A stretch of DNA of 64,000 nt from Paraphysomonas bandaiensis (taxonomy: Eukaryota > Protista > Chrysophyceae), in the NCBI GenBank assembly GCA_965644295.1, contig CBFFRP010000371.1:186001-250000 (forward strand), written 5' to 3'. Under the pieces are notes generated by a model. The model worked only from the letters and a program-made list of their open reading frames with translations. It was not told the origin of the DNA and made no database searches. Positions 1-12,500 of the stretch are shown here, in pieces. Position 1 is the first letter of the stretch; every line of letters begins with the position of its first letter. The translations under genes were made by a program, and so were the position numbers.

Positions 1-293
1 GTGGCCGGATGCAAGCATATTTCAAATAATTTTGGATGAATATGGTGATGTTGACGTCAGCGATGATGGATCAGAGGATGAGGACGAGGTGGATTTTTAT
101 TAGCTATAAGCAGTTGTTACTTACTAATACTAAAAATTGAATCTACGGATGTGTTTACTTACTGCTTAGTCATACTAATATATTGCAATATATTGTAATT
201 GTGTTGTTGAGCCTGCTTAAAATCTCCATCAACAATAGTATTGATAGAACGCTAACTTACAATAGTATTGCAATATATTGTTTCCTAGCCCTG
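1..293 (+). mobile_element. hAT-like DNA transposon right end (transposase C-terminal tail, subterminal TATTGCAATA motifs, terminus CTAGCCCTG)
   Basis: 1-306 matches 13490-13795 and is homologous to 63801-64000, which follows a hAT dimerisation-like coding remnant. The terminus reads CAGGGCTAG on the minus strand. Confidence 0.7.
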
Positions 294-880
294 ATCTGGA
301 GGTGTACCGCAAGGGCTATTTTACGCCAGGAGGATGAACATACAGCCTTTCTAGATTTCGCTACGGTCGATGGTAAAACTGGTGGGGTTTTTGAAAGATC
401 GATAGTCACTATACGCAGTACGCACTGGCGTTAGCTCTACAGGAAATCGATGATCATGAATCGGATCTAAGTCGTCCATCGACGGAATTCAATAAAATTA
501 GTGTTTCAAAGTCTGGCACACCATTGTTTCCAACCAGAGCTGACGCAGCACGGCATATTCAAAGTAGCGATAGATCGCTGCAGAAGAACTGAGTTTAGCC
601 CTTCAAGGAAGTGATAATGTTTAAGAATGGCGTTGCTGTGTTACCAGATGGGTCAAGGGTTTCCGAGCACGACTGATTGCTGGATGGTTTATTGAATGGA
701 ATTTCGCTAAGGAAATTGATGGTGTAGGAGATTTAGATTCCGCCTGGGTTGACGGTAAGAGTTATTTTAAGCAATTTTAATCAGCAAGTTGTTGTGAGGA
801 ATCCAATCCTTTAAAAATCATGAAAACTAGAAGTAATTGCTATAGAGATTGTTTTTCACTTTAACTGTAATGAAATTGTA
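294..880 (+). pseudogene. Deleted remnant of an LRR multi-TM receptor paralog, interrupted by ~370 bp of unrelated sequence
   Basis: 295-342 encodes SGGVPQGLFYARRMNI (cf. ~10815-10862), then jumps to TAFLDFATVDGKTGGVFE (cf. 12761-12814). 770-880 matches the stop and 3' flank at ~12830-12925. Confidence 0.75.
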
Positions 881-891
881 CGCAGTATAAT

Positions 892-1208
892 CCCTCAACA
901 AAGTCGGACTCGCACCTTTTCGTGGTGTTCTGGGGGATAAGTACCGGATATATTTCTCCGGTAAACTAAGGCGAGCCGCATATATATAGTCAGAAAATAT
1001 TGTTGTTCTGCCCACTCATATAGCCTAATGCATGTTGTGTGGTACAAGGGGCACTAGTGAGTTACTTACAAGTTGTGTACTGTGTATAGACAACATTGGG
1101 CCTTGACAAATTAACAGGCATCTGGGTATGGCCCCACCTCAAGGTCATCCGGGGTATGAGGCTGCCTACTGAAGCCAAACATCCGGGCTGTTCACCTTAA
1201 GGCCACAA
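892..1208 (+). mobile_element. Ribozyme-headed retroposon, 5' part; 3' part appears to resume at ~2320-2506
   Basis: Starts CCCTCAACAAAGTCGGACTCGCACC and is colinear with 20801-21120. Confidence 0.8.
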
Positions 1209-1872
1209 AGGGAATGTATATAATCTGATTATTTAGCAATATAGGCATGTAAGTGTTTAAACTATAAACAGAAATCTATCTAATACTTTAATACTAATAT
1301 CCACCAATAGTGTCTGTTCATTCATATATACACTAATTGAGTTATTAAGCCGTGAGCTCTATTACAACAACATGACTTCAGAAGTTGTATTAAGATTCAC
1401 ATGCTATTTACTAGTAGCTGAAGGCTCATTCATGTATTTTCTAGTATTATTGTCTAAATAAGTATGGAATTGTTTTACAAATTACAGCCTGGCCTAAACG
1501 AACTGAACTTTCATATTATTTCACTCTCATAATACCATCACGCACCATTAATCTGCAATTCAAGCCGTGAAAAGTGTCAATGATCTTTTTCAAAGGTCAC
1601 AACCACACAAGGAGTGAAAATATTTCAATAGCATCCACGATGTCCTATACTAATGAATACACCCTCACGTATCCCTTTGATGTACAATGCAGAGTGAAGT
1701 GGTACACAGAATTACGAAAAACGTTTTAATTCGGGAAATTTCTATAATTGGGAGTTCTCTGTACCATGTATAATATCGCTCTCCCTGTCGACGTAAACGA
1801 GCCTGCTGGTGCAATCAATGTTCACAAATATGACAACTGTATATTATTACCCTTTCTTATCATTTCAATAGA

Positions 1873-1900
1873 TTAGGGTTAGGGTTAGGGTTAGGGTTAG
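1873..1900 (+). repeat. Interstitial telomere-type repeat (TTAGGG)x4.7
   Basis: Read directly. Confidence 0.9.
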
Positions 1901-2319
1901 TCAGCGGGTGAAAAGTTAGCAACAGAGCATGTCCGTCAAGTGTAAATTTGTGAATGAGGTGAATTCAACATATGTCTATGACATTATTAGCCAGGAATTT
2001 TTGAGAGCCAAAGACTAAAAGGTGTATCTTACAACGTTCAATAATTGAAATGTTGGGAGAGAGCTTACCCTTACAATAGTGTCATACCACTACGATTTTG
2101 ATTGCCTAAATACATAGAGTTATACAGTTTGTACTAGTTGTGTGGTTGGAGCATATGGTTGTGTGCATATTGTAAGCATTACTTTCTGCAATTGTTATCA
2201 CTCATTGATACAGAATCTCCTCCACGAAGTCCTACCCCAAGGGGTGTCCCCTGACTAACCCCATCTACACTTTCAAGACTCACGTCTATAGTCTATAGAG
2301 ATCTTCTACACATACAAGA

Positions 2320-2506
2320 ACTGAAGTGGTCGCGCCTTGGTGACTTGCGGCGACGCACAAGCAGCTTCTGTAGCGACACATAGTAGGATATGAGGATTTG
2401 TGTTAGTTAGTTACAGGTAGAAGTCGATCTAGCTTGACTAGTCTTCATCTAACTACTTATCCGGTGTTGGTTCTTGACGCCCACTGCTAATAATAAGACT
2501 TTCAAT
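2320..2506 (+). mobile_element. 3' part of the ribozyme-headed retroposon
   Basis: Colinear with 21128-21310; ends GCTAATAATAAGACTTTCAAT. Confidence 0.7.
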
Positions 2507-2674
2507 ATTGCAATTATCACAATTCTTAATCAGGGCCAACAAAAGGCAGGGATTAATAGCTCACCCAAGGAGGCATCCACACTTACATTCAATATTGCAA
2601 TTATCACAATTCTTAATCAGGGCCAACAAAAGGCAGGGATTAATAGCTCACCCAAGGAGTCATCCACACTTACA
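2501..2674. repeat. Tandem duplication, 2 x 87 bp
   Basis: TTCAATATTGCAATTATCAC...CATCCACACTTACA occurs twice with one mismatch. Confidence 0.9.
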
Positions 2675-2893
2675 TACACCAGCAAATGTCAATTGGTATA
2701 TAACACAGTTGACTATAGATCGATGTATTCTATGTTGATATCATATCGTGTTGCCTTAGTATACGTTTATGTATTCAGGTACAATAGTCGCCCTACATGA
2801 CACCTGCGAGACAACATACCTATGTAGCTCCACTCTCTAGGCTATCTACAGTTATTCCACATAAAGGCATGTGCAACAAATTATATTCTATAT

Positions 2894-3376
2894 CTACTTT
2901 GTGCTCTCGGGTTCCTGATCTGGTTCAGTTTTTTCCAGGGATGGAGGAATCTGACTAAGTGGTACAAGTACTAAATCATGTTTGAAGAGCTCCGGAATAA
3001 CCGATACTATCAATTGATCCTCTCTATCCGGATGTATTAATTTAACTTTTGTTTCTGTTTTTTTAACATATCCATATTGCCATTTTGTTAAATCATTCTT
3101 TGGACGATCATATAAATTTGGTAATCTGGACATAATAAATAATGCTTCTTGATAAAGTAAACTCCTTCTATTCATATGATTTGATGTGTTGTATTGTATC
3201 ATAGTTCTTAACATAATAAAATTAACTTTTCTTGCATCAATTTGTATTTCACCAATAGATGGACTGAGACCAGTAGGGAAATCATCAACTAGATATCCAT
3301 GTGAGTGTGTAACAGGCATGTTTTGACCATATACACGAATTGTTAAACGAATATAACGATTACTTCTGTTTTCCAT
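2894..3376 (-). CDS. Hypothetical protein, 160 aa
   Basis: Uninterrupted ATG-stop ORF with protein-like composition in AT-rich DNA; no domain recognised. Confidence 0.55.
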   Translation of the reverse strand: MENRSNRYIRLTIRVYGQNMPVTHSHGYLVDDFPTGLSPSIGEIQIDARKVNFIMLRTMIQYNTSNHMNRRSLLYQEALFIMSRLPNLYDRPKNDLTKWQYGYVKKTETKVKLIHPDREDQLIVSVIPELFKHDLVLVPLSQIPPSLEKTEPDQEPESTK

Positions 3377-3462
3377 TGTACGAATAGGAGAGAGAGGTGT
3401 GATAGTAGTGAGGGAAAGGAATTGAGATGGAGATAGAGTTGTAACATAGATCGTTAACTGTT

Positions 3463-3739
3463 ACATACATACATACCTACATACATACCTACATACCTAC
3501 ATACATACCTACATACATACATACATACATACATACATACATACATACATACATACATACATACATACATACATACATACATACATACATACATACATGC
3601 ATACATACATACATACATACATACATACATACATACATACATACATACATACATACATACATACATACATACATACATACATACATACATACATACATAC
3701 ATACATACATACATACATGCATACATACATACATACATA
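3463..3739 (+). repeat. (CATA)n microsatellite, left flank of the Ginger-like element
   Basis: Read directly. Confidence 0.97.
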
Positions 3740-3990
3740 TGTTACGACCCGTGAGAAAAATGTGCCAGTCGATGAACTGGCAGTGCCAGTTCATCGACTG
3801 GCAGTTTTTGACTATCACTCAAAAACCCACCAAGAAAGTGAGCCCGTCAGTGAAGTGGCTTATCCAGCCGTGTTTTTTTTCATTCCACCCACATACCATC
3901 GTAAGATATCGTAGTTGATGATTATCGCTCAATGCAACAGCCTGATAGTAATATAAGTGCTACATATATCATTGTATCAAACAAGAAGGA

Positions 3991-4800
3991 ATGACATCGG
4001 TGGTTAAAACTGTCTCATCAGGGAGCACTGTACGACCAGAAGTTGCATCGTCAGTAGACGACAACACTAGATCTATCACTGATTCCATTAAAATTGAAGA
4101 ACACAAACGACTGTTCTATCTGAATGCACAAAACGCTTTCGCAAATTCAATTAAAATTTTCTATCAGTCGAAATACCTTGAGATCGTCGAGTCGATGAAA
4201 TCATTTGACTCCAAGCCTCATAGGAACCGCTCCTGTCTAGACTACCGATGGCTCCTGTTGCAGTATTGGTAAATGAGCACGGTGATACTCCATCAAGAGG
4301 GGCGAAAAGTAAAGCAGTGAGTGCCGCACTAGCTGAACAATGCGAAAGGATGAAAAGATTTTCCACGTCTGGCACTCCAACCGACGAGGCGGAAGTCCTA
4401 CAGGTGGGTAGTGTTGTTTTAGTCAAACCACATCAGGTGGACCGAGGACAAGTTGATGAAATCAGGTTTCCAGTTGTTGTTGTTGAGGTTACCCCCAATG
4501 AATTACTTCGTCTGTACGCTCCCGGGGGAGTTTTAAACTCGTGTTATAACCGATCAGATCTGATTCACGAGCCAAATAAGACCCCTGCTTCATACCAACG
4601 TCATCTTGGAAACTATGAGAACTGGAGAAATTGAAGACTATATCAGAGAGAGAAGCTGCAACTATGTTTTCTCCATCCCTTGGACAGGGGTTTAGTAATT
4701 GTAGTTGCAAGGGTAAGTGCAACAGTAATAAATGTGTGTGCAAGAAGAATGGATTTCTCTGTAACTAGGTGCCACAAAAGCAATTTGCTTGCGTATTGTA
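3991..4800 (+). pseudogene. Frameshifted transposase remnant with KRBA2/Ginger-like C-terminus
   Basis: VGSVVLVKPHQVDRGQVDEIRFPVVVVEV...GVLNSCYNRSDL, then in another frame GQGFSNCSCKGKCNSNKCVCKKNGFLCN (Cys-rich tail). No DDE core seen. Confidence 0.65.
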
Positions 4801-4884
4801 ACAAGTAGTTGGTGCCATAGTAAACTACAGACTACTACTTAACTGAGTAGAAAAACAACCTTAACAAGTAACATGAATCTTATT

Positions 4885-6196
4885 TGGTACTGGTTGCATG
4901 AATCTTATTAGCAACTAGTGATATATAAATCGCTATTTATTAACATCATCAGTACATCAGCTCTAAGTATTTTAGTAGCTATTTACCTTAATATTGTGTC
5001 CACTGTCTGCAGATGATATATGTAATGAATAGAGTGTAGAAAGCCTATCACATAATAGCCATATTATTGAGTAGATCTTGATTCATATAGAGTCGATATT
5101 CATAATAATTGTACATATTCAAACATGGAATATGTACAAGCGAAAGCATATACAATAGAGAGCTCATAGTATAAAATAACCCCATAGCTGGTTACTACAA
5201 GTAACATGAATATTATTTGCTACTAGTGATATAAACTAACATCACTAGTACATCAGTTATAACTAATGTAATCAGTTGTTATCGTACAGCCTATAAGGAG
5301 TATCCGCTGTCATCATATATGTAATGAATATAGAGTATCATCTGTACAATAGTACTACATTAATTAAAAACATCAGTATATCAGTTATAAGTAATTTAGT
5401 CACTATTTACCTTGTTATCGTGTCCACTGTATGGGGAAGTGGACCAACTAATGTCCCCCAGGGACACAGCACTCTGCAGTTGATGTAACGCACATACTGG
5501 AAGAATTCCTCACCACGGGTTAATGGCACCGTCGAAGATCCGATGCGAACTTACTCACAGACATTGGTCCAAAGCTAGGAGATATTACAGACCCCAACCA
5601 CCAATGGGACCTACATCAATACATCCTCAGGCGAGACAGCACGTACGCTACACAAACGCAGCGAGACCCGCAGTGGAACGAGGCTCCCACACAAACTCCA
5701 TCCAATCCGCACCCATAACTCCCCTAACACTACATCTCTTTCCCAGACCGCATACGCGAAACGGTATACGTCTGGAACAAATCCTATGCAATGGGAAGAA
5801 ATCGAGTCAAAAGCAAAACCGGGAATGACCAGACAACAGCTGCCGCATGCATAGACTGTAGAATCACCAATCAGAGAATATGACAAACCAAGTTAGTAAG
5901 ACTATACATAGCTTCTAGTCACAACCGTTCCCATGTAAAAATAAGATATTCTTATGTCTTATCCATGCTCTCATGAAGAAGGAAGTAGCACTGAAGAGGG
6001 ATACAGATATCTATCTTGATACTGAAGGCTGGTAGGCTGGAATAGCATCTTGTGGGCTAATAATCAGGAGCTCTTATGATACTAGTTATGAGATGCTGTC
6101 TACGCTGGGAATCCGAGTGGACTTGCTGTATACTTGACTGTATTTCCCGTATATCGTTTCCTTTCAACATCATCAAACCAGTCGATGAACTGGCAG
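4885..6196 (+). repeat. Left arm of a 1312-bp inverted duplication (partner 8262-9573)
   Basis: Reverse complement of 8262-9573 on spot checks; identical 101-aa and 91-aa ORFs are called on opposite strands. Confidence 0.95.
5430..5885 (+). pseudogene. Non-LTR retrotransposon ORF C-terminal fragment inside the Ginger-like element (mirror copy ~8573-9028, minus)
   Basis: Encodes VWNKSYAMGRNRVKSK...AACIDC, similar to MWNKSFSIGKNRAKATFSDCG in 19474-19947. Confidence 0.55.
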
Positions 6197-7665
6197 TTTA
6201 TGTTGAACATCATTTTAGCCAATGGTACAAGATTATATATAGATTCTGGAAGAGATCCTGTTAGCCAGTTTTGGTCCCCATATAAGGATACCAAGTTGGT
6301 TAAGTTTCCTATAGAAGACGGAAGCGAGGAAGAAAAGAAATTCGAGCTCAGACTCACACTCTTTAACGCAGTCATCATTCCGAAATCGACCGGAAGACTA
6401 TTGGTGAAATAGTTATCAGAAATGTCCATATACTCCAATGATGTGAGCATGGAAAGACCATCAGGAAGCTTTCCAGTTAATGCATTGTCATAAAAGTAAA
6501 GCCTATCTACTAATTTCAGGTTGGATATCATGGAGGATACTGTACCAGAGAGCAAATTAGTGGACAGATAGAGTCTGCCCAAGTGGTTGGACTCGTAAAT
6601 TGAATCTGGAATATGTCCTGTGAATAAATTACCATCTAACCCTAAATAGTGAAGTTGCGATAGATTTCTCAATGAAAACAAATTTCCAGTGAGTGCATTT
6701 TTCGACAGTCTTAACTCACTTACTTCAACGAGATTCCCAACAGAGTGTGGTAGTGATCCATAGATACCTACTTGTTCCAAGGCCAAATATTCAAGTTTCG
6801 AAAGAGATCCAATGTTCTCAAGTAGTGTACCATGAATGGAATTAAAAGATAAGTCCAAAAACGTTAAGTCGTGCAACAGCAAAACATTTGAGGGAAAGGT
6901 ACAATTTAAATAGTTAGCCCAGTGGTTGAGGGTTTGCATTCTCTCCCAGTCGCCTATTTTGCAAGGTCCAGTTAAACGGTTTGACCGAAATGAAATATAA
7001 TCCAGATTAGACAATCGCAATATACACTCCGGGATTGTTCCATATATATGATTATATGACAAATCCAAATGCGTGAGTTTAGTACCAGAACATAAATCGG
7101 AGTCTTCAATGGCACTAAATATCCCTTCCACTAAACGGAGTTGCTTTAAATTTGGCAGTTCAAATACTAATGACGGTATGGCACCTGACAATGTCGTGAT
7201 ATCAAGATCTAGAGTTTCGAGAAGCTGTAATTTCATGATACTGTGCGGCAATGTCCCAACTATTTTGTGGTTAGTTTGTAATCTCAAATACGTGAGTTGG
7301 GATAAGTTTCCAATCTCATATGGAAGACTGCCCGCTAATTCATAGTCATCTAAATACAACTCAACTATATGGCAGGTCGTGTTACTATCATCGGTGCAGT
7401 TCTCGGGTGGATTCGAGCACTGAATGCCCTGCCAGACAGTGTGATTGTCGTTACAGGGGTTGATTTCAGTGAGGATTGTATTAAAATGCCATCGAGCTCC
7501 ATATGACTCATTTCTCCACAACCACTCATCTCCATGAGTGTCATTATACAGGGCCCATAGGGCATCAATCTCCTCTACAGGTACTGGAGAAGAAAGCGTG
7601 GATTGTGTGGAGATAAGGAGTAGGATCCCTGTGGTTAGTATAATGGACTGCATGTTTATCAGCAA
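6197..7665 (-). pseudogene. N-terminal half (signal peptide, Cys cap, plant-type LRRs) of LRR receptor copy 1, inverted relative to its C-terminal half
   Basis: Highly similar to the first ~490 aa of ORF 22909-25662; stops at LAKMMFNIN, where the paralog continues YLSGSLC. Confidence 0.9.
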
Positions 7666-7830
7666 CTAACACCTACACGCATACTCATACATAAGGCTCC
7701 TATACGACATCTCACACATGATGAGAGTGAAGTGAAGTGAAGTGAAGACGAAGTCTAGAAGTGTTTGAGGTGCAGCAGTGCACATAAGCACATCTAACAA
7801 CAGGCAGGACTGCTGTATACCAATCAACGT
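7666..7830 (-). promoter_or_regulatory. Upstream/5' region shared by both LRR receptor copies, including a short pentamer repeat
   Basis: Near-identical to 25663-25823. Confidence 0.5.
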
Positions 7831-7927
7831 TCTGTATATTTGGTATATACGGTAGATTTGTACGTACAATACTGGTAGGAATCCTACTGTACAATATGTG
7901 TACAAAAATTTTCACCATATCCTACTC

Positions 7928-8217
7928 ATGTATGTATGTAGGTAGGTAGGTATATATATACGTATGTACGTACGTATGTATGTATGTATGTATGTATGTA
8001 TGTATGTATGTTGTATGTATGTATGTATGTATGTATGTATGTATGTATGTATGTATGTATGTATGTATGTATGTATGTATGTATGTATGTATGTATGTAT
8101 GTATGTATGTATGTATGTATGTATGTATGTATGTATGTATGTATGTATGTATGTATGTATGTATGTATGTATGTATGTATGTATGTATGTATGTATGTAT
8201 GTATGTATGTATGTATG
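7928..8217 (+). repeat. (TATG)n microsatellite; inverted original right flank of the Ginger-like element
   Basis: Read directly; abuts the terminus at 8218. Confidence 0.97.
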
Positions 8218-9573
8218 TGTTACGACCCGTGAGAAAAATAAACCAGTCGATGAACTGGCAGCTGCCAGTTCATCGACTGGTTTGATGATGTTGAAAGGAA
8301 ACGATATACGGGAAATACAGTCAAGTATACAGCAAGTCCACTCGGATTCCCAGCGTAGACAGCATCTCATAACTAGTATCATAAGAGCTCCTGATTATTA
8401 GCCCACAAGATGCTATTCCAGCCTACCAGCCTTCAGTATCAAGATAGATATCTGTATCCCTCTTCAGTGCTACTTCCTTCTTCATGAGAGCATGGATAAG
8501 ACATAAGAATATCTTATTTTTACATGGGAACGGTTGTGACTAGAAGCTATGTATAGTCTTACTAACTTGGTTTGTCATATTCTCTGATTGGTGATTCTAC
8601 AGTCTATGCATGCGGCAGCTGTTGTCTGGTCATTCCCGGTTTTGCTTTTGACTCGATTTCTTCCCATTGCATAGGATTTGTTCCAGACGTATACCGTTTC
8701 GCGTATGCGGTCTGGGAAAGAGATGTAGTGTTAGGGGAGTTATGGGTGCGGATTGGATGGAGTTTGTGTGGGAGCCTCGTTCCACTGCGGGTCTCGCTGC
8801 GTTTGTGTAGCGTACGTGCTGTCTCGCCTGAGGATGTATTGATGTAGGTCCCATTGGTGGTTGGGGTCTGTAATATCTCCTAGCTTTGGACCAATGTCTG
8901 TGAGTAAGTTCGCATCGGATCTTCGACGGTGCCATTAACCCGTGGTGAGGAATTCTTCCAGTATGTGCGTTACATCAACTGCAGAGTGCTGTGTCCCTGG
9001 GGGACATTAGTTGGTCCACTTCCCCATACAGTGGACACGATAACAAGGTAAATAGTGACTAAATTACTTATAACTGATATACTGATGTTTTTAATTAATG
9101 TAGTACTATTGTACAGATGATACTCTATATTCATTACATATATGATGACAGCGGATACTCCTTATAGGCTGTACGATAACAACTGATTACATTAGTTATA
9201 ACTGATGTACTAGTGATGTTAGTTTATATCACTAGTAGCAAATAATATTCATGTTACTTGTAGTAACCAGCTATGGGGTTATTTTATACTATGAGCTCTC
9301 TATTGTATATGCTTTCGCTTGTACATATTCCATGTTTGAATATGTACAATTATTATGAATATCGACTCTATATGAATCAAGATCTACTCAATAATATGGC
9401 TATTATGTGATAGGCTTTCTACACTCTATTCATTACATATATCATCTGCAGACAGTGGACACAATATTAAGGTAAATAGCTACTAAAATACTTAGAGCTG
9501 ATGTACTGATGATGTTAATAAATAGCGATTTATATATCACTAGTTGCTAATAAGATTCATGCAACCAGTACCA
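8218..9573 (-). mobile_element. Right end of the Ginger-like element (TIR, 44-bp palindrome 8240-8283, internal sequence), inverted
   Basis: TGTTACGACCCGTGAGAAAAA matches 3740; 8262-9573 is the reverse complement of 4885-6196. Confidence 0.8.
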
Positions 9574-12500
9574 GTAGGTCATTGTGCGGTGATATTGGCC
9601 GCCTTACCCGTGTGAATTACGTTGACCTCACTGATAATGCAATAACCGGACCTATACCATCATCAATAGCGAATATGTCCTCACTACGGTATTTTGTTCT
9701 CCGCAACAACCGCATCACATCCACCCTTCCACTTTCACTGACGACCATGACATTCTTGCAAAATTTAGAATTAACATCGAATATGATATCAGGTCCGCTA
9801 CCAGCATATATTGGCGTGTCCCTTAGGTACTTGTATGTTGGTGATAATTACTTGACGGGAAGCATACCTTCTTCTCTATTTCCTGACATGTCGTCGTTGA
9901 TCCATTTACAGCTCACTGATAACTACTTGACATCTACTATTCCGACATCTATTAGTTCATTGTCCAATCTCATATACCTTTATCTCGGGGGCAATAAGTT
10001 CACGGGGAAATTAGAGGAGGGTATTACTGAGTTGTATCGTTTGCAAGATGTCGTTCTGGATACGAACTCTCTTTCAGGTTCTGTGCCTGCGTCTCTTTCA
10101 CAACTTACTCTCCTAAATTTTCTTCAGTTGCACCATAATAATTTTGAAGGGACGTTGCCATCATCGCTGAGTAACCTTCAGCAGTTGCGTGTGCTTCAAG
10201 TAAACAACAATGAGATTTCAGGATATGTGTCCCACATATTTGACTCTCCTCTCCTCAGAAACCTTGTGAATGTAGATATGAGTACGAATCGATTTAGCGG
10301 AATGGTGCCGCAGGATCTGTTCATGATTCCCAGTATTCAGACGATTGCATTGAGTTCGAATTGTTTTGAAGGAACACTTCCTTTATCAATGTGTAATGCA
10401 TCTCAACTCAGTGTGATTTCAATGGATGGATTGCGAGCTGCGCGCGATTGTCCTCGAACTTTTAGACTTCCTTTTTCAGGAGCTCTAATATCACTTTCCA
10501 CACACACTGCTGGTACTCTTCCCAGTTGTCTCTGGGAACTCCCCAATCTGAAAGTACTCCATGTGGCCGCGAATTTGCTCACTGGAAATCTTAAAGTAGA
10601 TCGTATTACTCCAACACTGTTGAATGTGAGTCTTGCTCATAATCACTTGGAAGGAACTATTCCCGATGCAGTTGATAAACATTACTTTCAAACACTCGAT
10701 CTATCTAACAACAAGATCACTGGAGTTGCCAGTAACAGATATTATCCTGATGTTGTCAAAAATGATTCAGATTCGGTTTTTATGACGAAACTGACCTTAA
10801 TAGTGAACCGATTGTCTGGAGGTGTACCGCGAGGACTATCTTACGCCAGGAGGATAAATATACTCACTGGAAATTTGTTTGGGTGTGACGATTTACCCTC
10901 GCATGACCCCCATAGGAGTGAGTACAACTGTGGCTCAATAGAAATGGATGAGTCGCTATATGTTCTTCTTGCTGCTGTGGTGGCGATAGCTGTAATCGGC
11001 GGAACTCCGTACCTATTTTGGTTACGGCGTCGCGGAGAAGCCTCTGGTATCAGTGATTCTGACATACTAGAAGCAGACAAGGATAATAATATATCCCTCC
11101 CTGCTCTGTACCGCCTTGTACAAATATCTCTCTCTCAGGCTAAACTATTACCGTGGGACGTAATGCCCTATTTAAAAGCCTTTTTGTGTATGCTTGACGC
11201 ATTTCAGTACTACACAATTCTTATTGCCAGTTGCGGTGTAGTTTTTTGTCTTCCTCTATATGTACTCAAGATAATTGCGGATGAGAGCGAGGGAGTTGGA
11301 ATTGTAACGCATACTCACACGTACCGATGGATACTAACTGCAGGATTTATCACTGGTCCGATTCCAGCTACCATGCTTCTCGTTGCTTGGTCTGTAGGTG
11401 CCACTATATTGGTTTTAGGGCTGCGTCAATCTGTATGTAATTCCCAACGCAAAGTGAAAATTGAGCACACGTCGAGTAGCTACGAAAATGAATTAAATAG
11501 TTCTACCGTGGTTCGGTCACGGTATAACTACCCGCGAGTTGCTGCCTTAGTAATGTTTAATACGATCATCGTGGGCACTGTTAATGCTCTGTACGTGTAT
11601 TCCTCTACTATACATATCACGTCCGCGATACGACTTGCAATTCAGTTCGCTGTAGCCATATTTAAGGTATAAACTATCTATCCTCTATAATTATTATTCT
11701 AATGTGTACGTTGAAGCTCTTCTGGAACTTTGCAATAGTTCCATCGCTTGTTCTTCCATTTATCGACAGTCCCCGGCAGCGTGCACGACTAAAAGTACTT
11801 ATTCTTTTGATGAACAGTATAATTGCCCCCCTTTTTGTACTAGCAGTCTCGGGTCCATCGTGCTTTCGTGATTTGTTTTTTCTGCCTCCGACATTGTCAT
11901 CATCATACAGTTATGAAGAGTGTGTAGCCTTCTCGTTGTCATCTGTTACAGTTTGTGACGAGTTTGAAACTGTGGTATCTACCACTGACCCGTTCCATCC
12001 TCCTTTCAATTACAACAATCTCTGCACCTCAAATGTCATCACTGCGTATGTTCCGGTTTACATATATACTTACTCTTTCCTTCTACTTCTTCCGTGCGTA
12101 CTACTTGTAATATATAAATATGCTCGCTGGAGTGATTTGCCTGTGTGGATAGTCAAGTATACTCCTATGATTCTCTGGCCATTTCGACTATCATCCTCAG
12201 GAGAGTATGTACACACTTCAGATTGTGAAGACCATATGTTAGAGGCACATTTGACAAAGTTGAAGTTATTAACGAGTCATTTCCTACGAAGTGATATGGT
12301 AGTATCGTCTTTCGCTCACCACCTTGCAGTTCTATTGTCATTTGGGTTACTAAGCCCTGTCCTAACTGTTGAAATTGCAGCTGCATTGTGCTTATCGACA
12401 TTCCAGTGGCGATTTTTCATTGGAAGATTTTTGCTTCATCGCTCTCATTCTCATGGTGTCAGTGTATCTGCAGATGACAGAGAAGCACCACACCATATTG

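Larger units (their letters stand above)
3740..6196 (+). mobile_element. Ginger-like (integrase-type) DNA transposon, internally deleted, broken at the right-end palindrome
   Basis: Terminus TGTTACGACCCGTGAGAAAAA; subterminal hairpin at 3763-3803; coding remnant at ~4250-4790 resembles KRBA2/Ginger C-termini; partner terminus at 8218. Confidence 0.7.

Noticed and set aside
397-768. Coding-like insert within the LRR remnant
   Set aside because: Interrupted by stops, with no recognisable family or termini.
5523-5886. 101-aa and 91-aa ORFs present twice (also 8572-8935)
   Set aside because: Their identity results from the inverted duplication; the informative reading is a different, broken frame (LINE fragment).
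6100-6196. C-terminal tail of the 521-aa ORF (CQFIDWFDD...)
   Set aside because: Read-through into transposon sequence beyond the breakpoint.
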